From the NCBI GenBank assembly GCA_963666115.2, contig CAXXET010000007.1, forward strand, positions 192,001 to 256,000: a DNA stretch of 64,000 bases. The letters are read 5' to 3'. The position numbers and the translations under genes were made by a program. The notes under the pieces are model-generated. The model was not told the DNA's origin, did no database searches, and saw only the letters and a program-made list of their open reading frames with translations. This stretch comes from Dehalococcoidia bacterium. Lineage in GTDB: Bacteria > Chloroflexota > Dehalococcoidia > UBA6926. Of the stretch, positions 1 to 9,254 are shown one piece after another; within the stretch, counting starts at the first letter, position 1; each line of letters opens with the position of its first letter.

Positions 1-1210
1 GCAGCGTCGCGTTCCAATCAGACGGCTGGGGTAAATCGGAGAGGTCGCGTTCGCGCAAGTCAGCCATTTCCGGGGCTTCCTTGCCGGACAACTCATAGGC
101 GGGCGGCTCGGTCAGGGCGGCGATGGGCATGTCTCCGACGATGACATCGTTATCGCGGATGATTGCGCGGCTGCCGTCTGTGACGACGCCGATCTCGTCG
201 CAGGCTAGCTCCCACTTGTCACAGACAGCACGGGCGGCTGCGACGTTTTCGGGGGGGACGACGAGCAACATCCGCTCCTGGGATTCGGAGAGCATAACTT
301 CATAAGCAGTCATGCCGTCCTCACGGCGCGGGACGCGGGCGACATCTATATCGACACCATTGTTGGCACGGGCGGCACATTCGATGACGGAACTCGTGAG
401 GCCTCCCGCGCCGAGATCCTGCATTCCTACGAGCAGTCCGGCCTGGGCAATCTCAAGGCATCCTTCAAGAACGAGCTTTTCAAGGAACGGATTGCCAACC
501 TGCACGGCGGGGCGTCGCTCGGCGGATTCTTCAGAGAGATCGACGGAGGCGAACGTCGCGCCGTGGATGCCATCGCGTCCCGTGTCCGCGCCGACAAGCA
601 GCAGCACGTTGCCCGCGCCACCCGTGCTTGCGCGGATGATCTCGTTCTCTTTGGCGATGCCAACGCACATTGCGTTGACGAGCGGGTTCCCTGAATAGGC
701 GGGCGCGAACGTCACCTGCCCGGCAACGTCCGGGATGCCGATGCAGTTGCCGTAGCCGCCGATGCCCGCCACGACACCCTCAAAGAGGTAGCGATTGCGG
801 GGCCTTTCGTCCAGCGGGCCGAAGAACAGGGCATTGAGGAGGGCGATTGGCCGCGCGCCCATGCTGAAGATGTCGCGGATGATTCCGCCGACGCCCGTCG
901 CCGCGCCCTGGTACGGCTCGATCGCAGAGGGGTGGTTGTGCGATTCCACCTTCATGATGACGGCGAGGCCGTCGCCGATTGAGACAGCTCCCGCGTTCTC
1001 TTCACCGGGGCCGATGAGAACCCAGGGAGCTTCGTTTGGGAAGAGCCGCAGGAGCAGGCGGGAGTGCTTGTAGCCGCAGTGCTCGCTCCAGAGGATGCCG
1101 AACATGCCGAGTTCGACGTCGTTTGGCTCCCGTCCCATGCGGGTGACAATCTCGTCGTACTCCTGGCGGGAGAGGGAGAGTTCAGCGAGAGTTTCAGGGG
1201 AGACGGTCAT
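1..1210 (-). CDS. purL: Phosphoribosylformylglycinamidine synthase subunit PurL (5' part; runs off left edge)
   Basis: Manual translation from ATG at 1210: MTVSPETLAELSLSRQEYDEIVTRMGREPNDVELGMFGILWSEHCGYKHSR, later ESHNHPSAIEPYQGAATGVGGIIRDI. Absent from the ORF track because no stop lies in the window. Confidence 0.95.
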   Translation of the reverse strand, partial: MTVSPETLAELSLSRQEYDEIVTRMGREPNDVELGMFGILWSEHCGYKHSRLLLRLFPNEAPWVLIGPGEENAGAVSIGDGLAVIMKVESHNHPSAIEPYQGAATGVGGIIRDIFSMGARPIALLNALFFGPLDERPRNRYLFEGVVAGIGGYGNCIGIPDVAGQVTFAPAYSGNPLVNAMCVGIAKENEIIRASTGGAGNVLLLVGADTGRDGIHGATFASVDLSEESAERRPAVQVGNPFLEKLVLEGCLEIAQAGLLVGMQDLGAGGLTSSVIECAARANNGVDIDVARVPRREDGMTAYEVMLSESQERMLLVVPPENVAAARAVCDKWELACDEIGVVTDGSRAIIRDNDVIVGDMPIAALTEPPAYELSGKEAPEMADLRERDLSDLPQPSDWNATL

Positions 1211-1250
1211 GCGGCGCTCCCGCGTTATGCTTGAAGGGCATCATGAATTG

Positions 1251-1259
1251 AGTCTAGCA
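1251..1259 (-). promoter_or_regulatory. Extended -10 promoter element (TGCTAGACT) upstream of purL
   Basis: TGn-TAGACT about 40 bp upstream of the purL start. An identical 9-mer lies upstream of gyrA (59445-59453). Confidence 0.45.
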
Positions 1260-1285
1260 GTGCGATGGCGCGGGAGGACAGCGGA

Positions 1286-2533
1286 GTGAAAAATCCAGCC
1301 ACCTGGACGGCCTTGATCGTCATCGCGCTGCTTGCTGCCATCGCCTTCGGCGTCGGCTGCAACGGGGCAACCTCTGAGGAGGAATCCGAGCAGACGCCGC
1401 TGAAACTCGGCCTAATCCTCAATTTCACCGGTTCGCCGGAAACATCGGAGAACAGGGAACGCGCATTCAAGCTGGCCATCCTCCACATCAACGAGGCCGG
1501 CGGCGTGTTTGGGATGCCGGTAACCGGCGTCTCGACGGACGCAACGGGCGACCCCGACACCGCCGCCCGTGAGGCGCAACGTCTGATCGACGAGGAGGGC
1601 GTCCACGCTATCGTTGGTCCGAACGCGAGCTCCGCCTCATTGCCAATCTCCCAGACCGTCTCCGCCACGCGCCGCATCCCGACCGTCAGCCCGTCCGCCA
1701 CCTCGCCGCAGTTGACGAATGCCGACGATGACGGCTACTTCTTCAGGACCGCGCTCTCCGACGTGGCGCAAGGCCCCGTCCTGGCCCGCATCACCCACCA
1801 GCAGGGCTTCGACAACGTCGGACTCATCTACCAGGATGATGCGTACGGCACCGGCCTTGCGCAGGCGTTCGCCGCGTCATGGAACGGCGCGCAGCGCGCC
1901 GTCGCCGTCGATCCGGAGCAACGGGAATTCGCCGCGGCGTTGAGCGACTCCGCAATAGAGAACCCGCAAGCCCTCATCGTCATCGCGTCTGAGCAACTCG
2001 CGCTGGCCCTCGTCAGGCAGGCCATCGACAGCGGAACGTACAACAACTTTGTCTTTGCGGATTCCGCCAAGCGGCTGAGTCTTCCGCAGGAGATCGGCGC
2101 GGACGCGATGGCGGGGATGTACGGCACCGGAAGCGCCCGCGCGCCCCACAGCACCGCGTCTGAGGCTTGGGACAATTCCTACATCGCCGAATACGGCGAA
2201 CTGCCCGTTCTGGCTTACGTGAAGGAAACGTACGACGCGACAATCGCGATTGCGCTTGCGGCGCAGGCGGCGGGAACCGTCGACGGCGAGGCGGTCCGCG
2301 ATCAACTACGCGCCATCGCCGGGCCGCCGGGGCAGAGCATCCCCGGCACTGCCGACGGCGTGGCCGACGCGCTGGCCATGCTGGCGGACGGGGAAGACGT
2401 CGATTACGACGGGACATCCGGCGTGATGGAGTGGGATGAGCACGGGGACCTGGCACGCGGCTACACCGGCGTGTGGCGCTTTACGTCGGACGGCGGAATC
2501 GAGGATCTGGAGAGCATTCCGTACGGGGGTTAG
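1286..2533 (+). CDS. Branched-chain amino acid-type ABC transporter substrate-binding lipoprotein
   Basis: Hydrophobic signal ending GVGC; LKLGLILNFTG, INEAGGVFG, SPSATSPQLT, FFRTALSD motifs. GTG at 1286 follows GGAGG (alternative ATG 1265). Confidence 0.85.
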   Translation: MKNPATWTALIVIALLAAIAFGVGCNGATSEEESEQTPLKLGLILNFTGSPETSENRERAFKLAILHINEAGGVFGMPVTGVSTDATGDPDTAAREAQRLIDEEGVHAIVGPNASSASLPISQTVSATRRIPTVSPSATSPQLTNADDDGYFFRTALSDVAQGPVLARITHQQGFDNVGLIYQDDAYGTGLAQAFAASWNGAQRAVAVDPEQREFAAALSDSAIENPQALIVIASEQLALALVRQAIDSGTYNNFVFADSAKRLSLPQEIGADAMAGMYGTGSARAPHSTASEAWDNSYIAEYGELPVLAYVKETYDATIAIALAAQAAGTVDGEAVRDQLRAIAGPPGQSIPGTADGVADALAMLADGEDVDYDGTSGVMEWDEHGDLARGYTGVWRFTSDGGIEDLESIPYGG

Positions 2534-3462
2534 GGGAGTTCGGCGTAGTCTTCTTCCCAGTCTTCCGCCAGGCGGATGAGGTCTTTCAGGGGAGCGCCGC
2601 CCTGTTCGCTGTCCAGGCTTGGGGGAGAGAGCCGCGTTGGCGGCTCCGCGTTTTCGCCTATGGCGAGCATGAGGAGTGAATCGACCAGGTTTTCGCGGGC
2701 GTCCCACCGTGCGCCGGGGCGTCGGATGACGACGTTTGGCTCGAGGGCAGCAATGACGGCGGCGCGCAGAACGTCTTCCTGCATCCACAAAGGCTGCTCG
2801 CGGATGTCCGCCTCCTGCGCGTGGTCGCAGTCCTGGCAGTTGAATTGGGCGCGGTCCCAATCGGGATCATAGTCGGTGGAGCCATCAGCCGAACCGCATT
2901 CGCGGCAGGTTGCGCCCGCAAAGGCGAGCGGCTCATCGTCGATCTCAGCCGCCGGGAGTGATTCGCGTACGGCGTCCGCGATCTGGGTTGGAGAGCGGAG
3001 GGCAAGACGGAGCACGGAGAGAAAGCCGGCGTCATTGACGAGTTCCGATGCCCGCACGATCTCCACCTGGGCGGCGCGGGCGGAGTCCTTGAGTTCCTGG
3101 GCATGGGCGTCAAAGAGGGCCTCCCAGTACTGGGCGCGGGACAGATCGGACGCCTCCGGATCCGGCTGGAGGCCGTAGGTCTTGCCGGACGGGGTCAGGT
3201 TGTACGGGCGGCCGGGTTCGAAGGAAGCCTCATCGGTGCCCACGTCCGGCACGACGTAGACGATGCGCAACCGAGCAGACGGATTGCCCCTGAGAACGCG
3301 GCGGGCGAGCGAGCCGGGATAGGCGAGCAGACGGAGACGGTCGGCCTCGGTCAGCGCGGCCATCGGGATTTCTCCGGCCAGCACCGTGTCACCGGGCTCC
3401 AGCCATTCACCGACCTCCGAGAGACCGGCGGCGTTGCGGTAGAGTCGTGCCGTTGTTACCAA
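2530..3462 (-). CDS. Degenerate class I lysyl-tRNA synthetase catalytic-domain paralog with Zn ribbon
   Basis: 310-aa ORF; GKTYGLQPDP, EIVRASEL, LALRSPTQI and CRECG...CQDCDH resemble LysRS-I. No HIGH/KMSKS motifs and no anticodon domain. Confidence 0.55.
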   Translation of the reverse strand: MVTTARLYRNAAGLSEVGEWLEPGDTVLAGEIPMAALTEADRLRLLAYPGSLARRVLRGNPSARLRIVYVVPDVGTDEASFEPGRPYNLTPSGKTYGLQPDPEASDLSRAQYWEALFDAHAQELKDSARAAQVEIVRASELVNDAGFLSVLRLALRSPTQIADAVRESLPAAEIDDEPLAFAGATCRECGSADGSTDYDPDWDRAQFNCQDCDHAQEADIREQPLWMQEDVLRAAVIAALEPNVVIRRPGARWDARENLVDSLLMLAIGENAEPPTRLSPPSLDSEQGGAPLKDLIRLAEDWEEDYAELP

Positions 3463-3465
3463 GGG

Positions 3466-4302
3466 TCAGCGTTCGATGGGAAGGCCGACGCCGCTGCCCC
3501 ACTCGGTCCAGGAGCCGTCGTAGTTGCGGATGTTCTCGTAACCGAGCAATTCCTTGAGGACGAACCACGTGTGAGAGGAACGCTCGCCGATGCGGCAGTA
3601 CGCGATGACATCCTTGTCCGCCGTGACGCCGCGCCCGCCATAGATCTCATTGAGTTCGTCGGCGGACTTGAACGTGGCGTCCTCGTTGACGGCCTGCGCC
3701 CAACCGATGTTGACGGCGCCGGGAATGTGGCCGCCGCGCTGGGAGCCCTCCTGCGGGAGATTCTCCGGCGCAAGGAGCTCGCCGCTGAACTCCGCCGGGG
3801 AGCGAACGTCCACCAGGACGGACGTGCCGAGGGCGGCGCGCACATCGTCACGGAGGGCGCGGATGGACGTATCCGGCTCTTGCGCTGTGTAGGACTGCGC
3901 GGCGTGTGAGGGAACGTCAGTCGTCGTTGGACGGCCTTCTGCCAGCCACTTGGCGCGCCCGCCGTTCATGATCTGGACGTTCTCATGCCCGTAGTACTTC
4001 AACTGCCAGTAGGCCCATGCGGCGAACCAGTTGTTGTTGTCGCCGTACAGGATGACGCGCGTGTCGTTGCCGATGCCGGACTGCCCGAGCAATTGCTCGA
4101 AATCGCCCTTTTCGACAACATCGCGCACAACATTCTGCTGGAGCTGGGACCGCCAGTTCCAGCCAACGGCGCCGGGCGCGTGTCCCTGGTCGTACGCTGC
4201 GGTATCGACGTCGACTTCCACAAGCCGGACGCCGGGCGCGTCAAGGTTCTGCGCGACCCATTCCGTGTCCACCAATGCGTTTGGATTTGCGTATTCAGCC
4301 AT
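3466..4302 (-). CDS. Thiosulfate/3-mercaptopyruvate sulfurtransferase (tandem rhodanese)
   Basis: GHAPGA and GHIPGA, active-site YCRIGERS, C-terminal NYDGSWTEW. Confidence 0.95.
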   Translation of the reverse strand: MAEYANPNALVDTEWVAQNLDAPGVRLVEVDVDTAAYDQGHAPGAVGWNWRSQLQQNVVRDVVEKGDFEQLLGQSGIGNDTRVILYGDNNNWFAAWAYWQLKYYGHENVQIMNGGRAKWLAEGRPTTTDVPSHAAQSYTAQEPDTSIRALRDDVRAALGTSVLVDVRSPAEFSGELLAPENLPQEGSQRGGHIPGAVNIGWAQAVNEDATFKSADELNEIYGGRGVTADKDVIAYCRIGERSSHTWFVLKELLGYENIRNYDGSWTEWGSGVGLPIER

Positions 4303-4460
4303 TGTGTGCCCCCACTCCTTCGCCTCTCACCGGAGAAGCTGTCCTGCGCTAGATTCGCAGTAACGCAATCCATCGTCAAGGGGTACACTCTGCCGCGACG
4401 CCGGCAGGAGGCATCGGTATGATGACAGTATTGGGGTACCAGACGGGAGTGAATGAGACG

Positions 4461-4832
4461 ATGCGGGTTATGGCGCTGATCAAGGCGACAGCCGAGAGCG
4501 AGGCGGGGATCATGCCCTCCGCTGAACTGCTGGAGGCGATGGGCAGGTACAACCAGGAGCTTGTCGAGGCGGGCGTGATGCTTGCCGGCGAGGGGCTGAG
4601 GCCGTCTGAGCACGGCAGGCGTGTTGTTCTTGACGGCGGCGGGAACGCGGTCACGGACGGGCCTTTCGCAGAGACGAATCAACTAATTGCCGGATTCTGG
4701 GTCTGGCAGGTCGCAGACATGGATGAGGCCGTGGCGTGGGTGAAGCGGTGTCCGCAGCCGATGCCCGGGATGGCAGAGATCGAGATTCGTCCTCTCTACG
4801 AAACCGAAGATTTTTCACAGGCTGAAGGCTGA
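4461..4832 (+). CDS. YciI/DGPF-domain protein
   Basis: MRVMALIKATAESEAG...AGEGLRPS...TDGPFAET; stop overlaps the gcvT start. Confidence 0.88.
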   Translation: MRVMALIKATAESEAGIMPSAELLEAMGRYNQELVEAGVMLAGEGLRPSEHGRRVVLDGGGNAVTDGPFAETNQLIAGFWVWQVADMDEAVAWVKRCPQPMPGMAEIEIRPLYETEDFSQAEG

Positions 4833-5905
4833 TGTCTCTGCTGCGCACACCCCTCTACGACTCTCACGTTGCGCTTGGCGCGCGGATGGTTGAGTTTGGC
4901 GGGTGGGAGATGCCCATTCAATACGCAAGCGGGGTGCTGGCGGAGCACGCGGCGGTTCGGCGACAGGCAGGTATATTTGACGTTTCGCACATGGGGCGCA
5001 TCGACGTGCAGGGGGACGGCGCGGGCGCGTTCCTGGATCGGCTCATCACGAGCAACGTGGGCAAGCTGCGCATCGGGCGCGGACGATACGGCCTGATCTG
5101 TGACGAATCCGGCGGCATCCTTGATGACGTGGTCGTGTTCCGCCGCGCGGAGTCCGTTTATCTCGTGGTATGCAATGCGTCGCGGTGGGATCGAGTGACG
5201 GCGTGGATAGGCGAGAACGCGGCGGACAGGGTGGAGATAACACACCGGCGCGACGATACGGCGATGCTGGCTGTCCAAGGACCGGAGGCGGTGGCGGCCG
5301 TGGCGCGCCGCTTTCATCCGTCCCCGCTCCAACTGGGGCGTTTCGCGGGCAATGGCGGGAGGATGGCGGGCGTGGGCGCGTTCATCTCACGCACGGGCTA
5401 TACGGGGGAGGACGGGTGCGAACTGATCGTCGCAGCTTCGGACGCCCAGCACGTATGGGACACGCTGGTGGACGAAAGCGGCGTGACCCCATGCGGTCTT
5501 GCGGCCCGCGACGTGCTGCGCCTGGAGGCCGGCCTAATGCTGTATGGGCAGGACATGGATGAGACCGTGACGCCGCCGGAGGCGGGGCTTGATCGATTCG
5601 TCGATCTCAGCAAGGATTTTATCGGCGTGGAGACACTGCGGAGGCAGGCTGAGAATGGGATCGAGAAGCGCATCACCGGCCTTACGGTGGAGGGTCGTTC
5701 CGCGCCGCGCCATGGATATACAGTACACACGGGGGACGGCAGGGAGTCCGTGATTACGAGCGGGGCATATTCACCTTCGCTCAGGCACAGCATCGGACTG
5801 GCGTACCTGCCGATTGACGTATCCGAACCCGGAAACGTCGTTGATGTCGATATCCGCGGCCGAACGGCGCGCGCGACGACGGTATCGCTGCCGTTCACCC
5901 GCTAG
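4832..5905 (+). CDS. gcvT: Glycine cleavage system aminomethyltransferase T
   Basis: LRTPLYD, FGGWEMP, FDVSHMG, RTGYTGEDG, RLEAGL; adjacent to gcvH and gcvP. Confidence 0.96.
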   Translation: MSLLRTPLYDSHVALGARMVEFGGWEMPIQYASGVLAEHAAVRRQAGIFDVSHMGRIDVQGDGAGAFLDRLITSNVGKLRIGRGRYGLICDESGGILDDVVVFRRAESVYLVVCNASRWDRVTAWIGENAADRVEITHRRDDTAMLAVQGPEAVAAVARRFHPSPLQLGRFAGNGGRMAGVGAFISRTGYTGEDGCELIVAASDAQHVWDTLVDESGVTPCGLAARDVLRLEAGLMLYGQDMDETVTPPEAGLDRFVDLSKDFIGVETLRRQAENGIEKRITGLTVEGRSAPRHGYTVHTGDGRESVITSGAYSPSLRHSIGLAYLPIDVSEPGNVVDVDIRGRTARATTVSLPFTR

Positions 5906-5937
5906 AATGAGTAGGCGCTTTGATTGGGGGACGTGAT

Positions 5938-6345
5938 ATGCCATTTGATCCGGCAGGGCTGCTCTTCAGCCGTGAGCATGAATGGGTGGCGCGCGACGAA
6001 TCCGATGCCAACGCGGCGACCGTTGGCATCACGGACTATGCGCAAGGGGAACTGGGGGACGTCGTCTACGTCGATCTGCCCGCTGCCGGCTCTGCGGTCA
6101 AACAGTTTGAGACATTTGGCGAGGTAGAGTCGGTGAAGTCCGTGTCCGATCTGTTCTCACCGGTGAGCGGGACGGTGGCCGAGGTCAATTCCACCCTCGA
6201 GGACAAGCCGGAGCTGGTGAACGAGGACCCGTACGGGGAGGGGTGGATGCTGCGGGTGACGATTGCGGATGAGCGGGAGCTGCAAAGCCTGCTTTCTCAC
6301 GATGAGTACCAGGAATTTCTGACGGAGTTGAGCGGCGGTGACTGA
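5938..6345 (+). CDS. gcvH: Glycine cleavage system H protein
   Basis: HEW, VGITDYAQGELGDVVYV, lipoyl-Lys motif VESVKSVSD, NEDPYGEGW. Confidence 0.96.
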   Translation: MPFDPAGLLFSREHEWVARDESDANAATVGITDYAQGELGDVVYVDLPAAGSAVKQFETFGEVESVKSVSDLFSPVSGTVAEVNSTLEDKPELVNEDPYGEGWMLRVTIADERELQSLLSHDEYQEFLTELSGGD

Positions 6346-9235
6346 ACAGCGCAACCCTGCCCCCTTTGTTCCCATGACGGCTACCGACAGGCAGCACATG
6401 CTCGATGCCATCGGCGTCGACGCAGTTGACGATCTATTCGCGGATATTCCCGTTGAGTTCAGGAACCCGCAGTTGGACTTGCCGCCGGCGTTGTCCGAGC
6501 ATGACGTCGTCACGCACATGGGCCATTTGTCGGCTATGAACGTGTCCGCAGACGCCGCGCCGTCCTTCCTGGGAGGCGGGTATGCGCGGCATTACGTGCC
6601 GAACGCGGTGGGGGCGATCATCTCCCGCGGCGAGTTCTTGACGCCGTACACGCCATACCAGCCGGAGGCCAGCCAGGGCATCCTGCAAGCGCTGTTCGAG
6701 TATCAGACCGTCGTGTGCGAACTGACAGGGATGGACGCCTCCAACACCGGAATGTACGACGGGGCAAGCGGATTGGCGGAGGCTGCTCTCATGGCGTGCC
6801 GCCTGACACGGCGGCGCACGGTCGCCGTCCACGAAAGCGTCTCACCCATCTATCGCGCCGCCCTGGAGACGTATGCGGGGGCGCAGGAAATCACGGTCGT
6901 CGACGGTCTCGACGCCGCGCCCGATGGCGAACCTGCCTGCCTGATCATCCAGCAGCCTTCATATGACGGCATCATAGATGACGACCCTGATAAGCTTGCC
7001 GACGCGATTCACGAACGGGGCGGGCTGCTGGTTGTGGCCGTGGAGCCGGTGTCGCTCGCGCTAATCAGGCCGCCTGGTGAGTACGGCGCGGACATCGTCG
7101 TGGCTGAGGGGCAGCCGCTGGGAATCGCCTTGGGATTCGGCGGGCCGGGCGTCGGTTTCTTCGCGTCCAGGAATGAGTACCTGCGGCAGATGCCGGGACG
7201 CATCGTGGGGCGGAGCGTGGACACGGACGGGCGCGATGCGTTTGTACTGACGCTCCAGACGCGTGAGCAGCACATTCGCCGCGAAAAGGCGACGTCCAAT
7301 ATCTGCACGGCGGAAACGCTCGCCGCCATCGCGGTGGCAGTCCATACGGCGGCTCTCGGCCCGCAGGGACTCCGGGAGGTGGCGTTCAGCTGCTACCAGG
7401 CCACGCATAACGCGGCGCGGCGCATTGGCAAGCTGCCCGGGTTTTCGATCTACGGCGGCGAGGACGCGCTGTTCATCAAGGAATTCGTGGTCGAGTGCCC
7501 GGCGCCGCCCGCCGAGGTCAACCGGCGGCTGTGGGAGAACCACGGCATCATCGGCGGCATCGACGTATCCGACCGCGTGCCGAACGGTCTCCTGCTCTGC
7601 ATCACGGAAACATCGACCACGTCCGACATCGATCGGCTCGTGGGCGCTCTTGCCCGTATCGCTGGCGTGGACTCACCGGAAAGTGGCGACGGTGACGCGA
7701 CAGCGACAAGCCTCTCGGACTGGCCGGCCATCGAGACACCGGCAGGCGGGGACGCGATCGTGCTGGCCACCGGCGACCCTGAGCAGATGCGCGTGCCGCT
7801 GTTGCTGGATATTTCACGACCGGCGCGGCGCGGCGTGACCACACCCGTTCCCGCGGTTCCGCCAACGGCGCCACCGCTTCCCGAGTCAACGCTACGCAGG
7901 GAACTGCTGTTGCCGGAGATCAGCGAGCTGGACGTGGTGCGGTATTTCACGCGCATCAGCCAGTCGAATTACGCCGTCGATACCACGTTCTACCCGCTCG
8001 GCTCCTGCACGATGAAGTACAACCCGCGGGTGAATGAGACGGTGGCGGGGATGCCGGGGTTCGCGAACGCGCATCCCTACCTGCCGCCGGAGGTCTGCGC
8101 TGGCACGCTGGGAGCGCTCTACAGCCTGCAGGAGATGCTGGCGAGCGTGGTGGGGATGGATGCGACGAGCCTCGCGCCGTCGGCAGGCGCGCACGGCGAG
8201 CTGACGGGGATGCTCCTGTTCCGCGCCTACCATCGGAGCCGGAACGACAGTAAGCGCACGGTCGTCCTCTCGCCGGACTCGTCGCACGGGACGAATCCTG
8301 CGTCGGCGGCGATGGCAGGATTCACGCTCGTGACCGTGCCGACCGATCCGGTCGGCAACGTGGACATGGACGCGCTTCGTCCGCTCCTGGGGCCGGAAGT
8401 GGCGGGCATCATGCTGACGATGCCGACGACGCTGGGGCTGTTCGATCCGAACACCGCCGAGATCTGCCGCCTCATCCATGAGGCCGGGGGGCTGGTGTAC
8501 GGGGACGGGGCGAATCTGAACGCGCTGCTGGGCCGGGCGAGGCTGGGCGACCTGGGCTTTGACATCGTGCATATCAATGTTCACAAGACGTTTTCGACGC
8601 CGCACGGCGGCGGCGGGCCGGGCGCGGGCCCCGTCTGCGTCACGGAGCGGCTGGCGGAGTTCCTGCCGACGCCGCACGTGGAGCGCCGCGATGACGGGAT
8701 GCTGCACCTGGCGGCGCCCGCGCAGTCCGTCGGCCGCATCGGCTCGGCGGCGGGGAACGTCGGGGTGCTGCTGCGCGCGTACACGTATTTCCGGATGCAC
8801 GGGGCGGACGGGCTGAAAGAGGTGAGCGGGGCGGCGGTGCTGAACGCGAACTACATCCGCGCCCGCCTGAAGGAACACTACCATCTGCAATACGACCGCA
8901 TCTGCATGCACGAGGCGGTCTTCTCGGCCACGCGGCAGCGGCGGCAGCACGACGTGCGGGCGGGAGACATCTGCAAGCGGCTGCTTGACCACGGCTTCTA
9001 CGCGCCGACGGTCTATTTCCCGCTGATCGTGGAAGAGGCGCTGATGATCGAGCCAACGGAGACGGAGAGCCGCGAGACGCTGGATGCATTCATCGACGCG
9101 ATGATCTCCATCTCGCAGGAGGCATCGGAGAACCCTGACCTGGTTCGGGGCGCGCCGCACAAAACACCGGTCCGCCGGATTGATGAGGCGCTGGCGGCGC
9201 GGCGGCCGGTGCTAAGGTGGATGGGGCGGGAGTGA
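6338..9235 (+). CDS. gcvP: Glycine dehydrogenase P protein, fused GcvPA-GcvPB type
   Basis: N-half YTPYQPEASQG and TREQHIRREKATSNICT (PA-like); C-half YPLGSCTMKYNP and HINVHKTFSTPHGGGGPG (PB-like, PLP lysine); low-complexity linker between. Confidence 0.93.
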   Translation: MTEQRNPAPFVPMTATDRQHMLDAIGVDAVDDLFADIPVEFRNPQLDLPPALSEHDVVTHMGHLSAMNVSADAAPSFLGGGYARHYVPNAVGAIISRGEFLTPYTPYQPEASQGILQALFEYQTVVCELTGMDASNTGMYDGASGLAEAALMACRLTRRRTVAVHESVSPIYRAALETYAGAQEITVVDGLDAAPDGEPACLIIQQPSYDGIIDDDPDKLADAIHERGGLLVVAVEPVSLALIRPPGEYGADIVVAEGQPLGIALGFGGPGVGFFASRNEYLRQMPGRIVGRSVDTDGRDAFVLTLQTREQHIRREKATSNICTAETLAAIAVAVHTAALGPQGLREVAFSCYQATHNAARRIGKLPGFSIYGGEDALFIKEFVVECPAPPAEVNRRLWENHGIIGGIDVSDRVPNGLLLCITETSTTSDIDRLVGALARIAGVDSPESGDGDATATSLSDWPAIETPAGGDAIVLATGDPEQMRVPLLLDISRPARRGVTTPVPAVPPTAPPLPESTLRRELLLPEISELDVVRYFTRISQSNYAVDTTFYPLGSCTMKYNPRVNETVAGMPGFANAHPYLPPEVCAGTLGALYSLQEMLASVVGMDATSLAPSAGAHGELTGMLLFRAYHRSRNDSKRTVVLSPDSSHGTNPASAAMAGFTLVTVPTDPVGNVDMDALRPLLGPEVAGIMLTMPTTLGLFDPNTAEICRLIHEAGGLVYGDGANLNALLGRARLGDLGFDIVHINVHKTFSTPHGGGGPGAGPVCVTERLAEFLPTPHVERRDDGMLHLAAPAQSVGRIGSAAGNVGVLLRAYTYFRMHGADGLKEVSGAAVLNANYIRARLKEHYHLQYDRICMHEAVFSATRQRRQHDVRAGDICKRLLDHGFYAPTVYFPLIVEEALMIEPTETESRETLDAFIDAMISISQEASENPDLVRGAPHKTPVRRIDEALAARRPVLRWMGRE

Positions 9236-9254
9236 GGTTGTCGGGGGGAAACGC

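Noticed and set aside
4303-4460. Glycine riboswitch upstream of the gcv operon
   Set aside because: No GGAGA...CCGAAG...CUCAGG aptamer pattern; a YciI gene occupies the leader position.
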